A stretch of DNA of 64,000 bases from an uncultured delta proteobacterium (GCA_963708295.1 CAVPSJ010000008.1:128001-192000); one strand, 5' to 3'. Positions 20,995 through 32,443 are shown, counted from the stretch's first letter. Program-made: numbers and translations. The notes: generated by a model from the letters alone, not told the origin.

Positions 20995-21278
20995 TATTGT
21001 ATCCAGAATTGGATTTGTCAGAAGAGTAAGGATTGTTTAATATGAATTGAAAATAATGTCAAGAAAAAAATGAAGCAGCTAATTACACTTGAAAATCAAA
21101 TTGTTATGGTGTTATTATATTTTCTGTTTCTGGCAGAGAATTGGGGCGACTGAGCTACAAACCGTCATATCCAGGAAATTTTGGATACAATACTCTCGGA
21201 AAGGAAGAAGCGGGTCCTTGACGGATACAGGCGGATTGGATTATTAACTTCAAATCAACGCTGAGAGGAAATCAACAG

Positions 21279-21521
21279 ATGGCATTCAGAGTAATGGTCG
21301 ACGAAAAAAAATGTACAGGATGCGAGGAGTGCGTGGAAGTCTGCACAGTTGGTGTATTTGAGATAAGAGAGAATAGGTGCGTCCCCGTAGGCAATGAAAA
21401 GTGTCTCGGTTGCGAAATCTGCGTTACGGTTTGCGAAAGACAAGCGATCACGGTCGAAGAGGTAAAGGTGAAGCTTTCCGATACGGCCAAGTCCCTGTTC
21501 AAGGATATCCCGTTCGATTAA
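21279..21521 (+). CDS. 2x[4Fe-4S] ferredoxin
   Basis: CTGCEECVEVC, CLGCEICVTVC; RBS GAGAGG. Confidence 0.9.
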   Translation: MAFRVMVDEKKCTGCEECVEVCTVGVFEIRENRCVPVGNEKCLGCEICVTVCERQAITVEEVKVKLSDTAKSLFKDIPFD

Positions 21522-21701
21522 CAGGCTGATGAAAAATACCCATCTGCAGCGTTCCCCGGTCGCCTTACCGTCTCGGCGACATTGAAATAAGTCGCTCCTT
21601 ATTCATCGCGACGCCACCCTCATTCCTCAGAATTTCGGATGCCTTGCATCTGCCTGTCTGCCGAAGCCTCGGCGCAGGCAGGGGCATTTTTGATCAGCCT
21701 G
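21522..21701. repeat. MITE/REP-like element with ~19-bp terminal inverted repeats and a nested small palindrome
   Basis: CAGGCTGATGAAAAATACCC ... GGGCATTTTTGATCAGCCTG; nested CCTGTCTGCCGAAGCCTCGGCGCAGGCAGG at about 21653-21682. Confidence 0.75.
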
Positions 21702-21825
21702 GGAAAGCAAATTTCTCTGGCTTCAGCCTCCTCATCCGGATACGATATAGACGAATTATACAACCCAAACGGAGGCCCATCAAAGAGGGTGTGAAACGGA
21801 TGAGAATTGAATGACGAGAGGGACT

Positions 21826-22243
21826 TTATTCACCTATGACATGGACCAGTATCTTTCTTTCTCTCTTCTTGTTGTCGAAATCGATGAAGACGATTTGCTG
21901 CCAGGTTCCCGAGAGCCAATTTCCCGTCGATCAGGGGGATCGTGAGTGACGGCTTCATCAAGGCCGCCCGTACATGGGAGAAACCATTGCCGTCTCCCCA
22001 GCGGCGGTCATGTTCATATGGGATATCGGATGGAGCGATCTCTTCAATCGCTTTTTGTAAATCTCTGAGCACCCCCGATTCATATTCAATGGTTGTCACG
22101 GAGCCTGTCGATCCGGGGCAGAATACGGTGACCAACCCGTTTTTGATTCCAGAACGGTCTGTCACGGCATCCACATCCTGGGTGATGTCCAGGATATCGG
22201 TGAAACCCTTTGTACGAAGACTAATTATTCCCGAATGAGTCAT
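21826..22243 (-). CDS. yjbQ: YjbQ/UPF0047 family protein, frameshift near 21905
   Basis: GSTGSVTTIEYE, YEHD...DGNGFSHVRAAL, LALG followed by frame-shifted TWQQIVFIDFD...VIGE*. Confidence 0.85.
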
Positions 22244-22369
22244 TTGTCCCTCCGCTTCTGCGTCCCTTCCCGCGAGGAGAGGGGAGTGTACGTATCCACC
22301 TCCACCTCAATCCTTTCCCGTCAGAGATCGTGTCGTTTGCGAAAATACGGCGTTCGGAAAAAGGGGGAC

Positions 22370-23119
22370 CTACTTGCTCTGGATTCTCTGAAGCACCTTC
22401 TTCCAGCTTTCGGTTTCAAGAAAGCTGCCCGAAGCATTGTCTAAGAGCTTTAGGAATACCGGGTAAGGCATGGCCAGGGTGAGAATTTCCTTCTCAAGCA
22501 TGGGTCTTGCAGAAACGTCGAACATTCCCAGGATCGCGTGGGGCTGCTCTTTTCCAGCTTCCTTCAAAGGATAGGTGAGAATCGTTCCACATCCGGACCC
22601 GAAGGGTGCAGAGACAGCGTCCGTGCGCTCCAGGGCATAGTTCGTCAATGTAAAAAGCCCTGAGAGAATATCCGGCGTTCCGAAAAAGACAACGACTTCC
22701 GGCACTGTATCCTTCTGAAACTGGTCGATCGGCTTGAAGACACAGTAGGCTGCCGGTGCTCTTCTCGGTATCAGTCTGGTGAAATATTCCTTGGCCCGTT
22801 CCGGTGTTTTGATGTATCGTTCGCCCTCCATTTCACCCGGGATCCCGCAGGAGAGAAAATATTCGATCTTGGGCCTTGGGGATGTAAAAAATCCCATATA
22901 GTAAGCCCCTCCAGGGCATCCAAAGTGTTCCTTGTCAAAATAGACGGTTGTCCCGTTCTTTCGGGCGCTCTGAAGCAGCCCCATCATACACCCGGATATT
23001 CCCTCTTTTGGCGTGAGTCCTTCAGGCTGATCGTTCGTGTAGTAAATTCCGAAGGGGGATTCCTTCAGCCCGAGAATTTCTTGAAATTGCTTCCATGTCT
23101 TTTCGGGGAGTAGATTCAT
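22370..23119 (-). CDS. DUF169 family protein
   Basis: CMMG, FGCPGGAYYMGF, GERYIKTPE, APFGSGC, GMFDVSAR. Confidence 0.75.
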   Translation of the reverse strand: MNLLPEKTWKQFQEILGLKESPFGIYYTNDQPEGLTPKEGISGCMMGLLQSARKNGTTVYFDKEHFGCPGGAYYMGFFTSPRPKIEYFLSCGIPGEMEGERYIKTPERAKEYFTRLIPRRAPAAYCVFKPIDQFQKDTVPEVVVFFGTPDILSGLFTLTNYALERTDAVSAPFGSGCGTILTYPLKEAGKEQPHAILGMFDVSARPMLEKEILTLAMPYPVFLKLLDNASGSFLETESWKKVLQRIQSK

Positions 23120-23394
23120 TGTATTAACCTCCATTTAGCTTTGTCCTTTCTTCTTAAAATACCCGAAGCTTCGGCCCAAAGTCAACACGTATTGACCTTT
23201 TACCATCTTCACTTCGGGCCGGAAGTGGGGGTTGGAAAACGCAAAGTTGATGTTCCGGTGGTTGCTGAAAAGCATTACAAGCTGGTAAATCCGGACGAAC
23301 TGACGGAAGAAGAATTGAAGGCTTACCGCAAGCGCCCTTCCGATTAAATTACTGCACTCCGAAGCTTCCCCATCGACAAGCAAAGTCCGCTCTG

Positions 23395-23592
23395 TCACCG
23401 CACAGTAGTTGTCCGAGGAGAAGTTGCCGAAACAACAACACTCAAGAAGTGCGGGTCCACGTCAAGCTTCAGGGCGTCCGCGAAGGACTCCATGACTGTT
23501 CCGAAGGCAAACAGCGACTCGACTTGACGCGTTACGCGATCTTTGTCAACACCCGTCTCGATAAGCAGTTTTACGGTCAGTTCATACTGCAT
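23395..23592 (-). CDS. Small hypothetical protein
   Basis: MQYELTVKLLIET... with a G-rich RBS; no recognisable motif. Confidence 0.4.
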   Translation of the reverse strand: MQYELTVKLLIETGVDKDRVTRQVESLFAFGTVMESFADALKLDVDPHFLSVVVSATSPRTTTVR

Positions 23593-23675
23593 GTTGGTAC
23601 CCCCCCCTGTGTGAAAATGGATTGGCGTGGATGCCATGCGATGATATCGACAAAGCATTTTCTGGTCAAAGAACT

Positions 23676-24823
23676 TCATAAATCCGCCTTTTCCATACGT
23701 TTAAGGAAGCTGGGTTTCTTGTCATGTTGTTCGCGCAGGCGGGCGATATGTCCAAGAAATTTCTCCATCTTTTTTTTCCTGACAGCTACGTCGCGAAGAT
23801 CGACGAGGAAGCGGACTGCCTGGTCATATCTCCCCGGCTGCTTTGTTGCGATAAGTCGGTCCACCTGGAGCCAAGTCTCCATTTCTCTGCTGGAAAGCCC
23901 TTCAAGGTATTTTTCGCGGCGAGCAGCTGCTTCAGCTTCACGGTGAGCTTTCTCTTGAGCGGCTTTTTCTGCCTCAGCCCTCCGGCGGTTATCCCGGAAT
24001 TCTTCTCCCAAACGGAGAAGCTCTCCGACAGTCCGTTTCCGGGGTTTCGGAATTGAAGGCATGACCATGTCCTTCTTCTGTTTCAAATACCGCCCGATGA
24101 TCTCTGCTCCGAGATGTAACTCTTCACCCAGTGAAAAGCGAACGAGGAGGGCATCCTTTTCTTGGGGTGGTAACTTGCCTACCCAGGCCAGAAGATCTTC
24201 CTGACTCGGACGCACTAGATGGATGGGTTGACTCACTCGAGCAGCCGCTTGCAGAAGATCCAGGTCGATTCGAAGAAAATCGGTAAAGCTCCTAAGAGAA
24301 CCACTTAGCCCTTCCAGACCATCCGGAACAGCGGGTTCTTCCTTTTCTTCATCCAATTCACCGTTCTGGACCGAGAGAAGCCATGCCAGATAGAGGCAAC
24401 GGTGGTCCCCTAGGGCCAGCTCCGAGCGGACCGGAATGATGGATGAGAGCCAGTTTTCCCCTTCCTCCCATTCTCCAGTCGGCTCTTCCTCGGATACAAA
24501 GCTGAGAATGACCTTGTCACCCTTTTCCCTCGCGGATGCAAGATTAGTACAACAGTAGGTCCGGACGATTTCAACTGGGAGAAGGGATGATGGTAGGCGA
24601 AGCTTAAGGACCCGGGTGCCCCAGTTGGCAAGATACAGGAAAGCATCGAAATATTTCTCCATCCACAGCTCAGGGTTCCCTTAAAGTTTCCCCACGAGTA
24701 GTCGTTGATGAAACTCGTTGACGTGATACGTGCCCTGGTCGAGTATGAACGCAATTCACCCCGTTCTTTTGCGGTCAACGGTCGGTCGATGGCCTGAAAT
24801 TCGTAGTATTGATATTCGCTCAT
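23676..24823 (-). CDS. Conserved hypothetical protein (MSEYQYYEF...DRPL family), frameshift near 24670
   Basis: MSEYQYYEFQAIDRPL...YSWGNFKG joins KYFDAFLYLANWGTR...GDHRCLYLAWL; helical C-terminus. Confidence 0.75.
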
Positions 24824-24976
24824 CCTTCTTCCTGTTAGCGGAGGATGAAAATCTGTTGCTCCCGCAGGGCCAGATCCGCTACAGATGGAATATCAAAATT
24901 CTTCTCCAAGGACATCTCCTTGGCTAGTCTTCTTAACCATTCGTCAAATATTGAATGTTTGTTGTCAGGGATTCTT

Positions 24977-25468
24977 TTATTCCTGGGCGCATTCGGAGGG
25001 GTCGCCCTTTAATTTGGACAAAGCATGGGGAAGGGCAGGGAGAATCACGCTGAGGTTCTCTCTTACGCTCTTAGGACTTCCCGGCAAATTCACAATCAGG
25101 CTCGAACCTCGAATTCCCACGATGGCTCTGGAGATCATGGCGTGAGGGGTCTTCTTGAGGCTTTCGGCTCTCATGGCCTCGGCAAAACCAGGGACCTCTT
25201 TCTCAATCACCTTCGATGTTGCATCCGGCGTGACATCCCGTGGACTCAGCCCCGTTCCTCCTGTGGTCAGAATTAAATCTGCCTTCAAATGATCGGCACT
25301 CTTCTCAAGTGATTTGATGATCTCATCCATCTCGTCCGGTATAATTTCGTAGTGGATCACTTCAGCAGGAAGGCCCTTCACCATCTCTTGGATGAGAGGA
25401 CCGCTCGAGTCTTCCCGTTCCCCTTTGGAACCGCGGTCACTGATCGTTAGAATAACTACCTTGAACAT
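24977..25468 (-). CDS. mogA: Molybdopterin adenylyltransferase (MogA/MoaB)
   Basis: LTISDR, REDSSGP, IIPDE, TTGGTGLSPRDVTP, NLPGSP. Confidence 0.92.
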   Translation of the reverse strand: MFKVVILTISDRGSKGEREDSSGPLIQEMVKGLPAEVIHYEIIPDEMDEIIKSLEKSADHLKADLILTTGGTGLSPRDVTPDATSKVIEKEVPGFAEAMRAESLKKTPHAMISRAIVGIRGSSLIVNLPGSPKSVRENLSVILPALPHALSKLKGDPSECAQE

Positions 25469-25478
25469 ATTCAACCCT

Positions 25479-25775
25479 CAAATACGAAATCCGAATATCG
25501 GGCGAAGCGTCCGCCTCGGACCAATCCGAAACAAATTCGAATGGCCTAAACTCAAAACAAGGCCATACACAACGTAATAAAATGCAGTGAAGAGCGTCAT
25601 TCCCGCCCCGATTTCCATCGGGATAAACTCGGCGGGAATCTAGCAGAGAACACTGGATTCCGGGTCAAGCCCGGAATGACAAAAAGAATAAGATTTCTAT
25701 CGTCATGTTTGGAAGATTTGAATTTAGGATTTTGATATTGTTTCGTATTTCGAATTTCGTGCTTCGGATTTTTCG
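25479..25775. repeat. 7-bp-period palindromic repeat with nested insertions; the right arm overlaps the MOSC 3' end
   Basis: Left arm ACGAAATCCGAATATCG...CCGAAACAAAT; nested GTCATTCCCGC...GCGGGAATC...TGGATTCCGG...CCGGAATGAC (about 25596-25680); right arm TTGTTTCGTATTTCGAATTTCGTGCTTCGGATTT. Confidence 0.75.
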
Positions 25776-26215
25776 ATTATAATTTCGTCTCCAACTCCTA
25801 CTTCTCCTTCAGTGACCACCTCGGCAAAAATGCCTTCTTTGGGCATCACACAATCGCCTGCCTGGTAGTAGATGGCGCAGCGGGTATGGCATTCTTTTCC
25901 TATTTGGGTGACCCGCACCAGAACAGTCTCTCCGATGCGGATTTGCGTTCCTATCGGAAGATGGACAAGATCAACCCCTTCGGTGGTGATATTTTCCGCA
26001 AAATCGCCATACCCGACCTTTAACCCTTTGGCCCTCATCTTCTCAATCGACTCGTTTGCCAATAGACTGACCTGCCGGTGCCACGGGCCGCCATGGGCAT
26101 CGTCTTTCAATCCAAAGTCTTTCACGAGAAGACACGATTTGATATTCGTCTTTTTCGTTCCCTTTTTCTCACTGATGTTGACTGCGAGGACCTTTCCTCT
26201 TTGAGACCTATCCAT
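25724..26215 (-). CDS. MOSC domain protein
   Basis: AVNISEKKG, DAHGGPWHRQVSLL, GDFAENIT, TQIGKECH..C...GDCVMPKEGIF. Confidence 0.92.
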   Translation of the reverse strand: MDRSQRGKVLAVNISEKKGTKKTNIKSCLLVKDFGLKDDAHGGPWHRQVSLLANESIEKMRAKGLKVGYGDFAENITTEGVDLVHLPIGTQIRIGETVLVRVTQIGKECHTRCAIYYQAGDCVMPKEGIFAEVVTEGEVGVGDEIIIEKSEARNSKYETISKS

Positions 26216-26263
26216 TTGATCTCCCTTTGAGCTTTCAGCCTTCAGCTTTCAGCTCCTGCTTCG

Positions 26264-26728
26264 TTACGTTCCACTCTTTCCTCCCGTCTTTTTGACGAGG
26301 TGAATATCCGATATCACCATCCCCCGATCGATAGCTTTGCACATGTCATAGATGGTGAGGCCGGCAGCGGCCACAGCCACGAATCCCTCCATCTCTACAC
26401 CCGTCTGAGCTTTAATCCTGACTTTTGCCTCTATCTCAATCCGGCTCTCCTTTTCAAAAGGGAAAAAATTGATCTCCACATGAGACAAGTTAAGCGGATG
26501 GCACATGGGAATGATTTCCGAGGTCTTTTTTGCCGCCATGATCCCAGCCACTTTGGCCACCGCCAAAACATCTCCCTTTGCAATCTTGCCGGACATAATA
26601 CTCTTAAAAGTCTTTTGGCTCATGGAGACAGATCCTCGAACCTCGGCCTCCCTCAAGGTCTCTCTCTTTTTGCTGACATCGACCATTCTTGCACGACCTG
26701 TTTTGTCGAAGTGGGTCAGTTTTGTCAT
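26264..26728 (-). CDS. moaC: Cyclic pyranopterin monophosphate synthase
   Basis: LTHFD...MVDVS, KGDVL, IPMCH, TGVEME, YDMCKA, KTGGKSG. Confidence 0.96.
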   Translation of the reverse strand: MTKLTHFDKTGRARMVDVSKKRETLREAEVRGSVSMSQKTFKSIMSGKIAKGDVLAVAKVAGIMAAKKTSEIIPMCHPLNLSHVEINFFPFEKESRIEIEAKVRIKAQTGVEMEGFVAVAAAGLTIYDMCKAIDRGMVISDIHLVKKTGGKSGT

Positions 26729-26851
26729 TCTATCCTCTCTGAGGACTTAGTCATTAAGTCATTAGGTTATTGAGTAATTACCAAAGATTCCCTTGAGTTT
26801 CTCTATCAATGAATGACCTAATTACTCAGTGACTCAATGACCGTCCCAAAA

Positions 26852-27835
26852 TTATCCTCCGATCGCTGACATATTCCTCTGGCATTTCTTGAACTGGTGG
26901 CTGTTAATTTGGTGTCTTTCCGGTTTTGATTGAAGGGCCACAAGAAGCCGCTTCCTCAGATCTCGATCGCTTCCACCCTTTCTCAAGATTTCCTTGATAT
27001 CAATCTCATCATCCGAGAAAAGGCAGGTTCTGATCTTTCCGTCCGGGGTCAGCCGAAGCCGGTTGCAATCTCCGCAGAAGTGGCTGCTCACAGGTCCGAT
27101 CAATCCGATTTCTCCAAGGGCCCCTTCAAATCGAAACCGTTTCGCTGGACCATCCCATCGATCCGTTGGAATGGGAATCAGGTTTCCGACCCTTTCGAGA
27201 TAGGTTTTTATCTGAGGGATGGTGAGGAGGTCACTTTCCCTCCACTCCTTCCCGTTGCCCGATGGCATGTACTCGATATAACGGACGGTGAGGGGGAGGC
27301 GGAAAGTCAGCCGGGCAAAGGATTCAATCTCATCGTCATTTAATCCCCGAATAGCGACCATGTTGATTTTGATCGGGGACAACCCGACTCTGATGGTTTC
27401 TTCGATTCCGGCCCATACCTTTTCATAATCATCCCTTCGAGTAATCTGACAGAACCTTTCTTTATTCAGGGAATCCAGGCTGATATTTACCCTTTTCAGG
27501 CCAGCCTCCTTGAGACCTTGAGCATACTCCTTTAGGAGAATGCCATTGGTGGTAAGACTTAAATCCTGAATCTCCGCGATCTCCGAGATATGGGCGATGA
27601 AATCGACGATTCCTTTTCTCACAAGCGGTTCCCCGCCCGTGAGTCTGACCTTGGAGATCCCTTCTTCGGCAAAGATTCGGATGACTCTCAATAGCTCTTC
27701 GTACGTGAGGATTTCCCTGTGGGGAATAAGAGGAATTCCCTCCTCGGGCATACAGTAAGTACACCGCAAGTTGCAGCGGTCTGTTATTGAAATCCGGAGG
27801 TAATTTATCTTTCGTCTAAAAGGGTCAAGAAGCAT
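26852..27835 (-). CDS. moaA: GTP 3',8-cyclase (radical SAM)
   Basis: YLRISITDRCNLRCTYCMP, LTGGEP, FCGDCNRLRLT...TCL, C-terminal IGG. Confidence 0.97.
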   Translation of the reverse strand: MLLDPFRRKINYLRISITDRCNLRCTYCMPEEGIPLIPHREILTYEELLRVIRIFAEEGISKVRLTGGEPLVRKGIVDFIAHISEIAEIQDLSLTTNGILLKEYAQGLKEAGLKRVNISLDSLNKERFCQITRRDDYEKVWAGIEETIRVGLSPIKINMVAIRGLNDDEIESFARLTFRLPLTVRYIEYMPSGNGKEWRESDLLTIPQIKTYLERVGNLIPIPTDRWDGPAKRFRFEGALGEIGLIGPVSSHFCGDCNRLRLTPDGKIRTCLFSDDEIDIKEILRKGGSDRDLRKRLLVALQSKPERHQINSHQFKKCQRNMSAIGG

Positions 27836-27984
27836 AACTCATCTCAAATTTCAGATTTAGCAAATTTACAATTTCACGTCCCCCTCACCCCCGCCCTCTC
27901 CCCTTGGGGAGAGGGGAAGGGGGAGGGGAAATAAAATGGCCAATACCCGTGTTTGAGATATTGGCCATCAAAAATCCGTTGTCC

Positions 27985-28086
27985 ATCTCCTTTCCAAACG
28001 CGGGAGGTATAACCGTTTCCAATCATACCCTGACGGCCGTCCTCCTTATCCCAAAAATTTCGGACTTAGGAAAACGGCTCGGAGAT
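27985..28086 (-). ncRNA. Moco (molybdenum cofactor) riboswitch candidate
   Basis: Minus strand ATCTCCGAG...CCTAAG...AGGG...GGAAAC...CCTCCCGCGTTTGGAAAGGAGAT. P1 is ATCTCC/GGAGAT. Lies upstream of moaA in the sense orientation. Confidence 0.85.
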
Positions 28087-28269
28087 CAAATCTAATTTAT
28101 TCTTAATTGATTTATGGAGAAAAGTCAACCCGCGAAATGGTAACTTTTGGAATTCAAAGCTTTTTGGCACGATGAAATCCGAGTTCGTTTTGCCTTGACA
28201 ACTTTTTGTGCCCTTTATATTATCTGTTGGGAGTTTGTTAAATTGAATAAGCGAAGAGGAGGAAATGGG

Positions 28270-29393
28270 ATGAAACGGATCGTTGTTGTATTGACTGCAT
28301 TGTTGATGGGGTTTCTCTGCTTCGGAGGGATGTCCTTTGGGCAGGCGATCGAGAATGAGTTTTACCTCATTACGCCGGTTTCCAAGGATGTCCACGACCC
28401 GGCCTTAAAGGCCTTTGCCGCTTATGTCAAGAAGAAGTATAACGTCGACGTGAAAACCAGCGCCATTCCCCAGGGAACACCCGTCGCCTATGGCCAGATT
28501 GTGGAGTGGAGGGGAAAACCCCAGGCCGATGTCTTCTGGGGAGGAGAGGGAACGCTTTTTGATAGTCTGGCAGATCAGGGACTTCTGGACCAGGTTCAGA
28601 TCCCCAAGCAGATGTGGGATGAGATTCCGGCGACCATTGGAAAGCCCATCGGACTTCCCTTGAAGGATGACAAGAAATTCTGGGTTGGAACGACTCTGGA
28701 GCCCTACGGACTCATCTATCAGCCGAAGTTGCTCCAGCGTCTGGGGGTCACGATTAAAGACTGGGATGACCTGCTCAACCCGAAACTGAAGGGACAGATT
28801 GCTCAATGCACGCCTGACCGGTCGAGTTCAAGCCATGCGTCCTATGAAGTCATCCTTGCCATGTACGGATGGGAAAAAGGATGGGATTGGCTGAAAAAAC
28901 TGGCGACCAACACGGGTATTTTCACGGCCCGTTCCCGTGACGTTCCCAACGTGGTGTCCAAAGGGGAGTTTGCGGTTGGGTTTGCCGTGCCGAGTTATAT
29001 GGCCTTTGCTGAGGTTTTGGGAGGATACGATGTCAAGTTTGTCTACCCGACGAACGCCTATGTCACCCCAGAGCCGATGGCGGTCCTGAAGGGAGCGCCG
29101 CATCCAAAGCAGGTCATGCCTTCATCGAGTTTCTCCTGACCGAGGAAGGGCAGAAGATCTTTATGGAGAGGGGACTTTATCCCATCACGCCAAAGTATAA
29201 GGTTCAGGGTCCTCCCGGTTCCAATGCAGAAAAAGCGGTCCAGTTTACAATGGAATCCGATCCTTCTACGACATTCAAGGTCGGAAACGTATATGACGAA
29301 AAGGTCGCCGGGCCCAAGAAGAGGATCGAGGAAGTCAACTCCTATTTCCGGAAAGAGATTGCCGAAAAACATAAGGATCTGATAAAGAAATAG
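28270..29393 (+). CDS. ABC transporter substrate-binding protein (Fe3+/AfuA/thiamine family), frameshifts near 29115 and 29250
   Basis: Signal peptide, PQADVFWGG, WDDLLNPKLKG, GEFAVG, AVLKGAPHP; tail FIEFLLTEEGQ in another frame. Confidence 0.85.
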
Positions 29394-29554
29394 CAGTCTC
29401 AGTGTCAGGCCACGGTCAGGTAAGGAGAGAATGCAAATCCCCTCATCCCTCGGCTTGCCGAGCGGGAAGGATGGGGGGATTTGAGCTATCTTAGATGAGT
29501 GGTCAGGGCATGGGTGAGCCGCAAGTGGCGACTTTGGACTGACAGGACCAATCT

Positions 29555-30637
29555 ATGAACATAAAACTCGAGGACGTTGTCAAGAGGTTTGGCACGCTGG
29601 AAGCGGTGAGCCACGTTTCCCTGGATATCAAGGATGGTGAGCTTTTTACTCTCCTCGGCCCCTCGGGCTGCGGAAAGACGACCCTCCTTCGCCTCGTCGG
29701 CGGCTTTCATAAACCGGATCAAGGAAAGATTTACTTTCGGGGACAGGGAAGTGTCTGCTCTGGCTCCCTATGAGAGAAACATAGGGATGGTTTTTCAGAA
29801 CTATGCCCTCTGGCCTCACATGACCATTGCAAACAACGTTGCCTACGGTCTCAAGCTCAAGAAAATAGCGAGCTTCAGAGATCGCCGGGAAGGTCTCCCG
29901 GACTCTGAAACTGGTCAACCTGACAGGGCTCGAAACCCGATATCCCGGGCAACTTTCGGGTGGGCAGCAACAGCGGGTCGCCCTGGCCAGGGCTCTGGTT
30001 CTCAATCCCGACGTTCTGCTTCTCGATGAGCCTTTGAGCAACCTCGACGCAAAGATCCGCATCCAGGTGCGGGCAGAAATCCGCAAACTTCAGAAGGAGC
30101 TTGGGATTACAACCATCTATGTGACCCACGATCAGGAGGAGGCTCTGACCCTTTCGGACCGAATTGCCGTCATCAATCTCGGCAAATTGCAGCAGATTGG
30201 CTCCCCGAGAGACCTCTATGAGAGACCGGAGAACCCATTCGTGGCAGACTTTATCGGGATCAACAACCTGATCCCCGGAGAGATCCAGGAGATGAATCCC
30301 ACTGAACGCTGGATGAAAGTAGAAACAAAGGTTGGCGCTTTGCTCTGTGACTACCGCGAGACGGTTCAAGCCAGGGGATAAATGCATGGTCAGTGTCCGT
30401 CCGGAGACGGCATCGATCGGTACCTCACAGGAGGTCCAGAAGGAGTTTAATCGGATTGCCGGCAATGTCAGTTTTGCCTATTACATCGGGAATACGATCC
30501 GTTATGACGTGGAAATTGATAGCGCGCTGCTCTTCAAGGTGGATGTTGAGAACCCGTGGGAACACCAGGTCTTTTCCATCGGAGATAAGGTCTGTATCCA
30601 TTTTCCGATAAAGATGACCCTCGGGATCCCGGCCTGA
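29555..30637 (+). CDS. ABC ATPase (FbpC/PotA type), several frameshifts
   Basis: [47 protein letters not shown] and a TOBE tail, spread over 4-5 frame segments. Confidence 0.85.
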
Positions 30638-30703
30638 TGAGAAGAACCTTCTCACGCAGACGCTGGAGAGAGAATCGAGAATCTCCGCGACCTTCAGCGG
30701 TGA

Positions 30704-32442
30704 ATGGGAAATTTGTACATGAAATCAGAGAACGATTTGACGATCGCGATGCCTCAGGTACGCGTCTGGCCCCGGGTGAAGATCGGCGGGTTTGCGGGTT
30801 ATGCAGCGATCTGGGCCTTCTTTGGTCTTTTTCTGATTTATCCCCTGATTCGCCTGTTCTATGATGCCTTCACGACCGATAGGGGCACACTCACCCTGAT
30901 CAATTTCTACGATTTTTTTACGGATTCTTTTTATCTTCACTGTCTCGTCAATTCCCTTCTGCTCGGGGCAGGAACAGTCATTACCACGTCGATCCTCGGC
31001 ATCTTCATCGCGTTTCTTCTCCTTCGCTACGAGTTTCCCGGGAGGAACCTTTTTTCCTTTCTGACCATCATTCCTATGATCATGCCCCCCCTGGTTGGAG
31101 TCATGGGATTCGTTTTCATCCTGGGCAGGGCCGGTACGGTCAACGTCCTTTTAATGGATTACCTCGGATTTGACAAAACCCGTCAATTTCATGTACGGCG
31201 TTCATGGGGTCCTGCTTGTGGAAACGCTTCACCTCTTTCCTCTGATGACCCTGAGCATCGTCGATGCCATGGGAAAGATTTCACCCTCCCTCGACGAAGC
31301 CGCAGAGAGCGTGGGGTCGCGGGGGCTCCGGAAGTTCTGGGATATCACCTTTCCCCTTGACCACCCCTGGATATGTTTCTGGCGCCCTCCTCGTATTCAT
31401 CTGGACCTTCGCCGACTTTGCCACTCCGCTGGTCGTCGGGATTGATAACCTGCTGGCCTCCCAGGCCTACCTCAACATCGTCCAGTTTGTGGACCGAAGG
31501 CTCTTCAAGATGGGCATCGTCATTTCAGCCATCATGGTGATTCTGGCCATCGTATTTTTGACTCATTGCTAAAGAAATACGTGTCGATCAAGGACTACAG
31601 CTCTCTCTCGTATTCGGTCATCGAACGAAAAAAGATCTCCCCCTGGGCCGAGGTGGGGGTGATCGCATTTCTGGTGATGACCCTGATCTTTGCCTTTATT
31701 CCTTATCTGGGTATTGCGCTCGACTCTTTTGGCAGGGGTTGGGCTCTCACACCCATTCCGGTGAAATATACTCTTCAGTACTTCGAAAGAGTTTCCATCG
31801 AAACGCCTAAATTTATATTGAACAGCCTTCTTTATGCAACGATCTCCGTCTTCATCTGCATCGCCGTTGGTGTTCCCGTGGCCTGGGTGATGGCGCGGAC
31901 CAAGGTCCCGGGGACGAGACCTCTTGGATTCACTGACGACGCTCATCCTGGCTCTTCCGGGAACCGGAATCGGGATCGCCTACATGAGGGCTTTCAGAGA
32001 TCCCATGCCATTTATGAATACGGCTTTGATCGGCATGTGGATCGTGATTCCGATTGTTCTGGGAGTGAGACGGCTTCCCTATACGGTGCGGGGGACCTTT
32101 GCCTCGCTTCTGATCGTTCACCGGTCTTTTGAAGAGGCTGCCGAGAGTGTCGGGGCCAGGAAGACGACAACCTTCAAAGATGTCACCCTGCCTTTGATCT
32201 GGAAAGGGGTCTTGGTAGGATCTCTCTATTCTTTTATCCTCGCGCTTCAGGAGGCCTCGGCCACGCTTCTCTTAGTGGTTCCAGGACATGAGATGATGAC
32301 CGTCGGAATTTTTAACTTCTACATCGGGGGCTCTGTGAACGAAGCGGCCGCCCTGGGCCTCATTTTGATCATCCTCGGAGCAGTCTGTCTTTTCGCCATC
32401 AACAAGATTGCCGGGAATAAAATGGGGGGAGTGTTCGGGTAA
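30704..32442 (+). CDS. ABC permease (FbpB type, two repeats), several frameshifts
   Basis: Two EAA loops (SLDEAAESVG; SFEEAAESVGA), FADFATP, in consecutive ORF fragments. Confidence 0.85.
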
Positions 32443-32443
32443 A

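Noticed and set aside
23141-23347. Plus-strand 68-aa ORF
   Set aside because: It has no RBS and opposes the local gene orientation. The tail looks protein-like, so it may be a remnant, but I cannot assign it.
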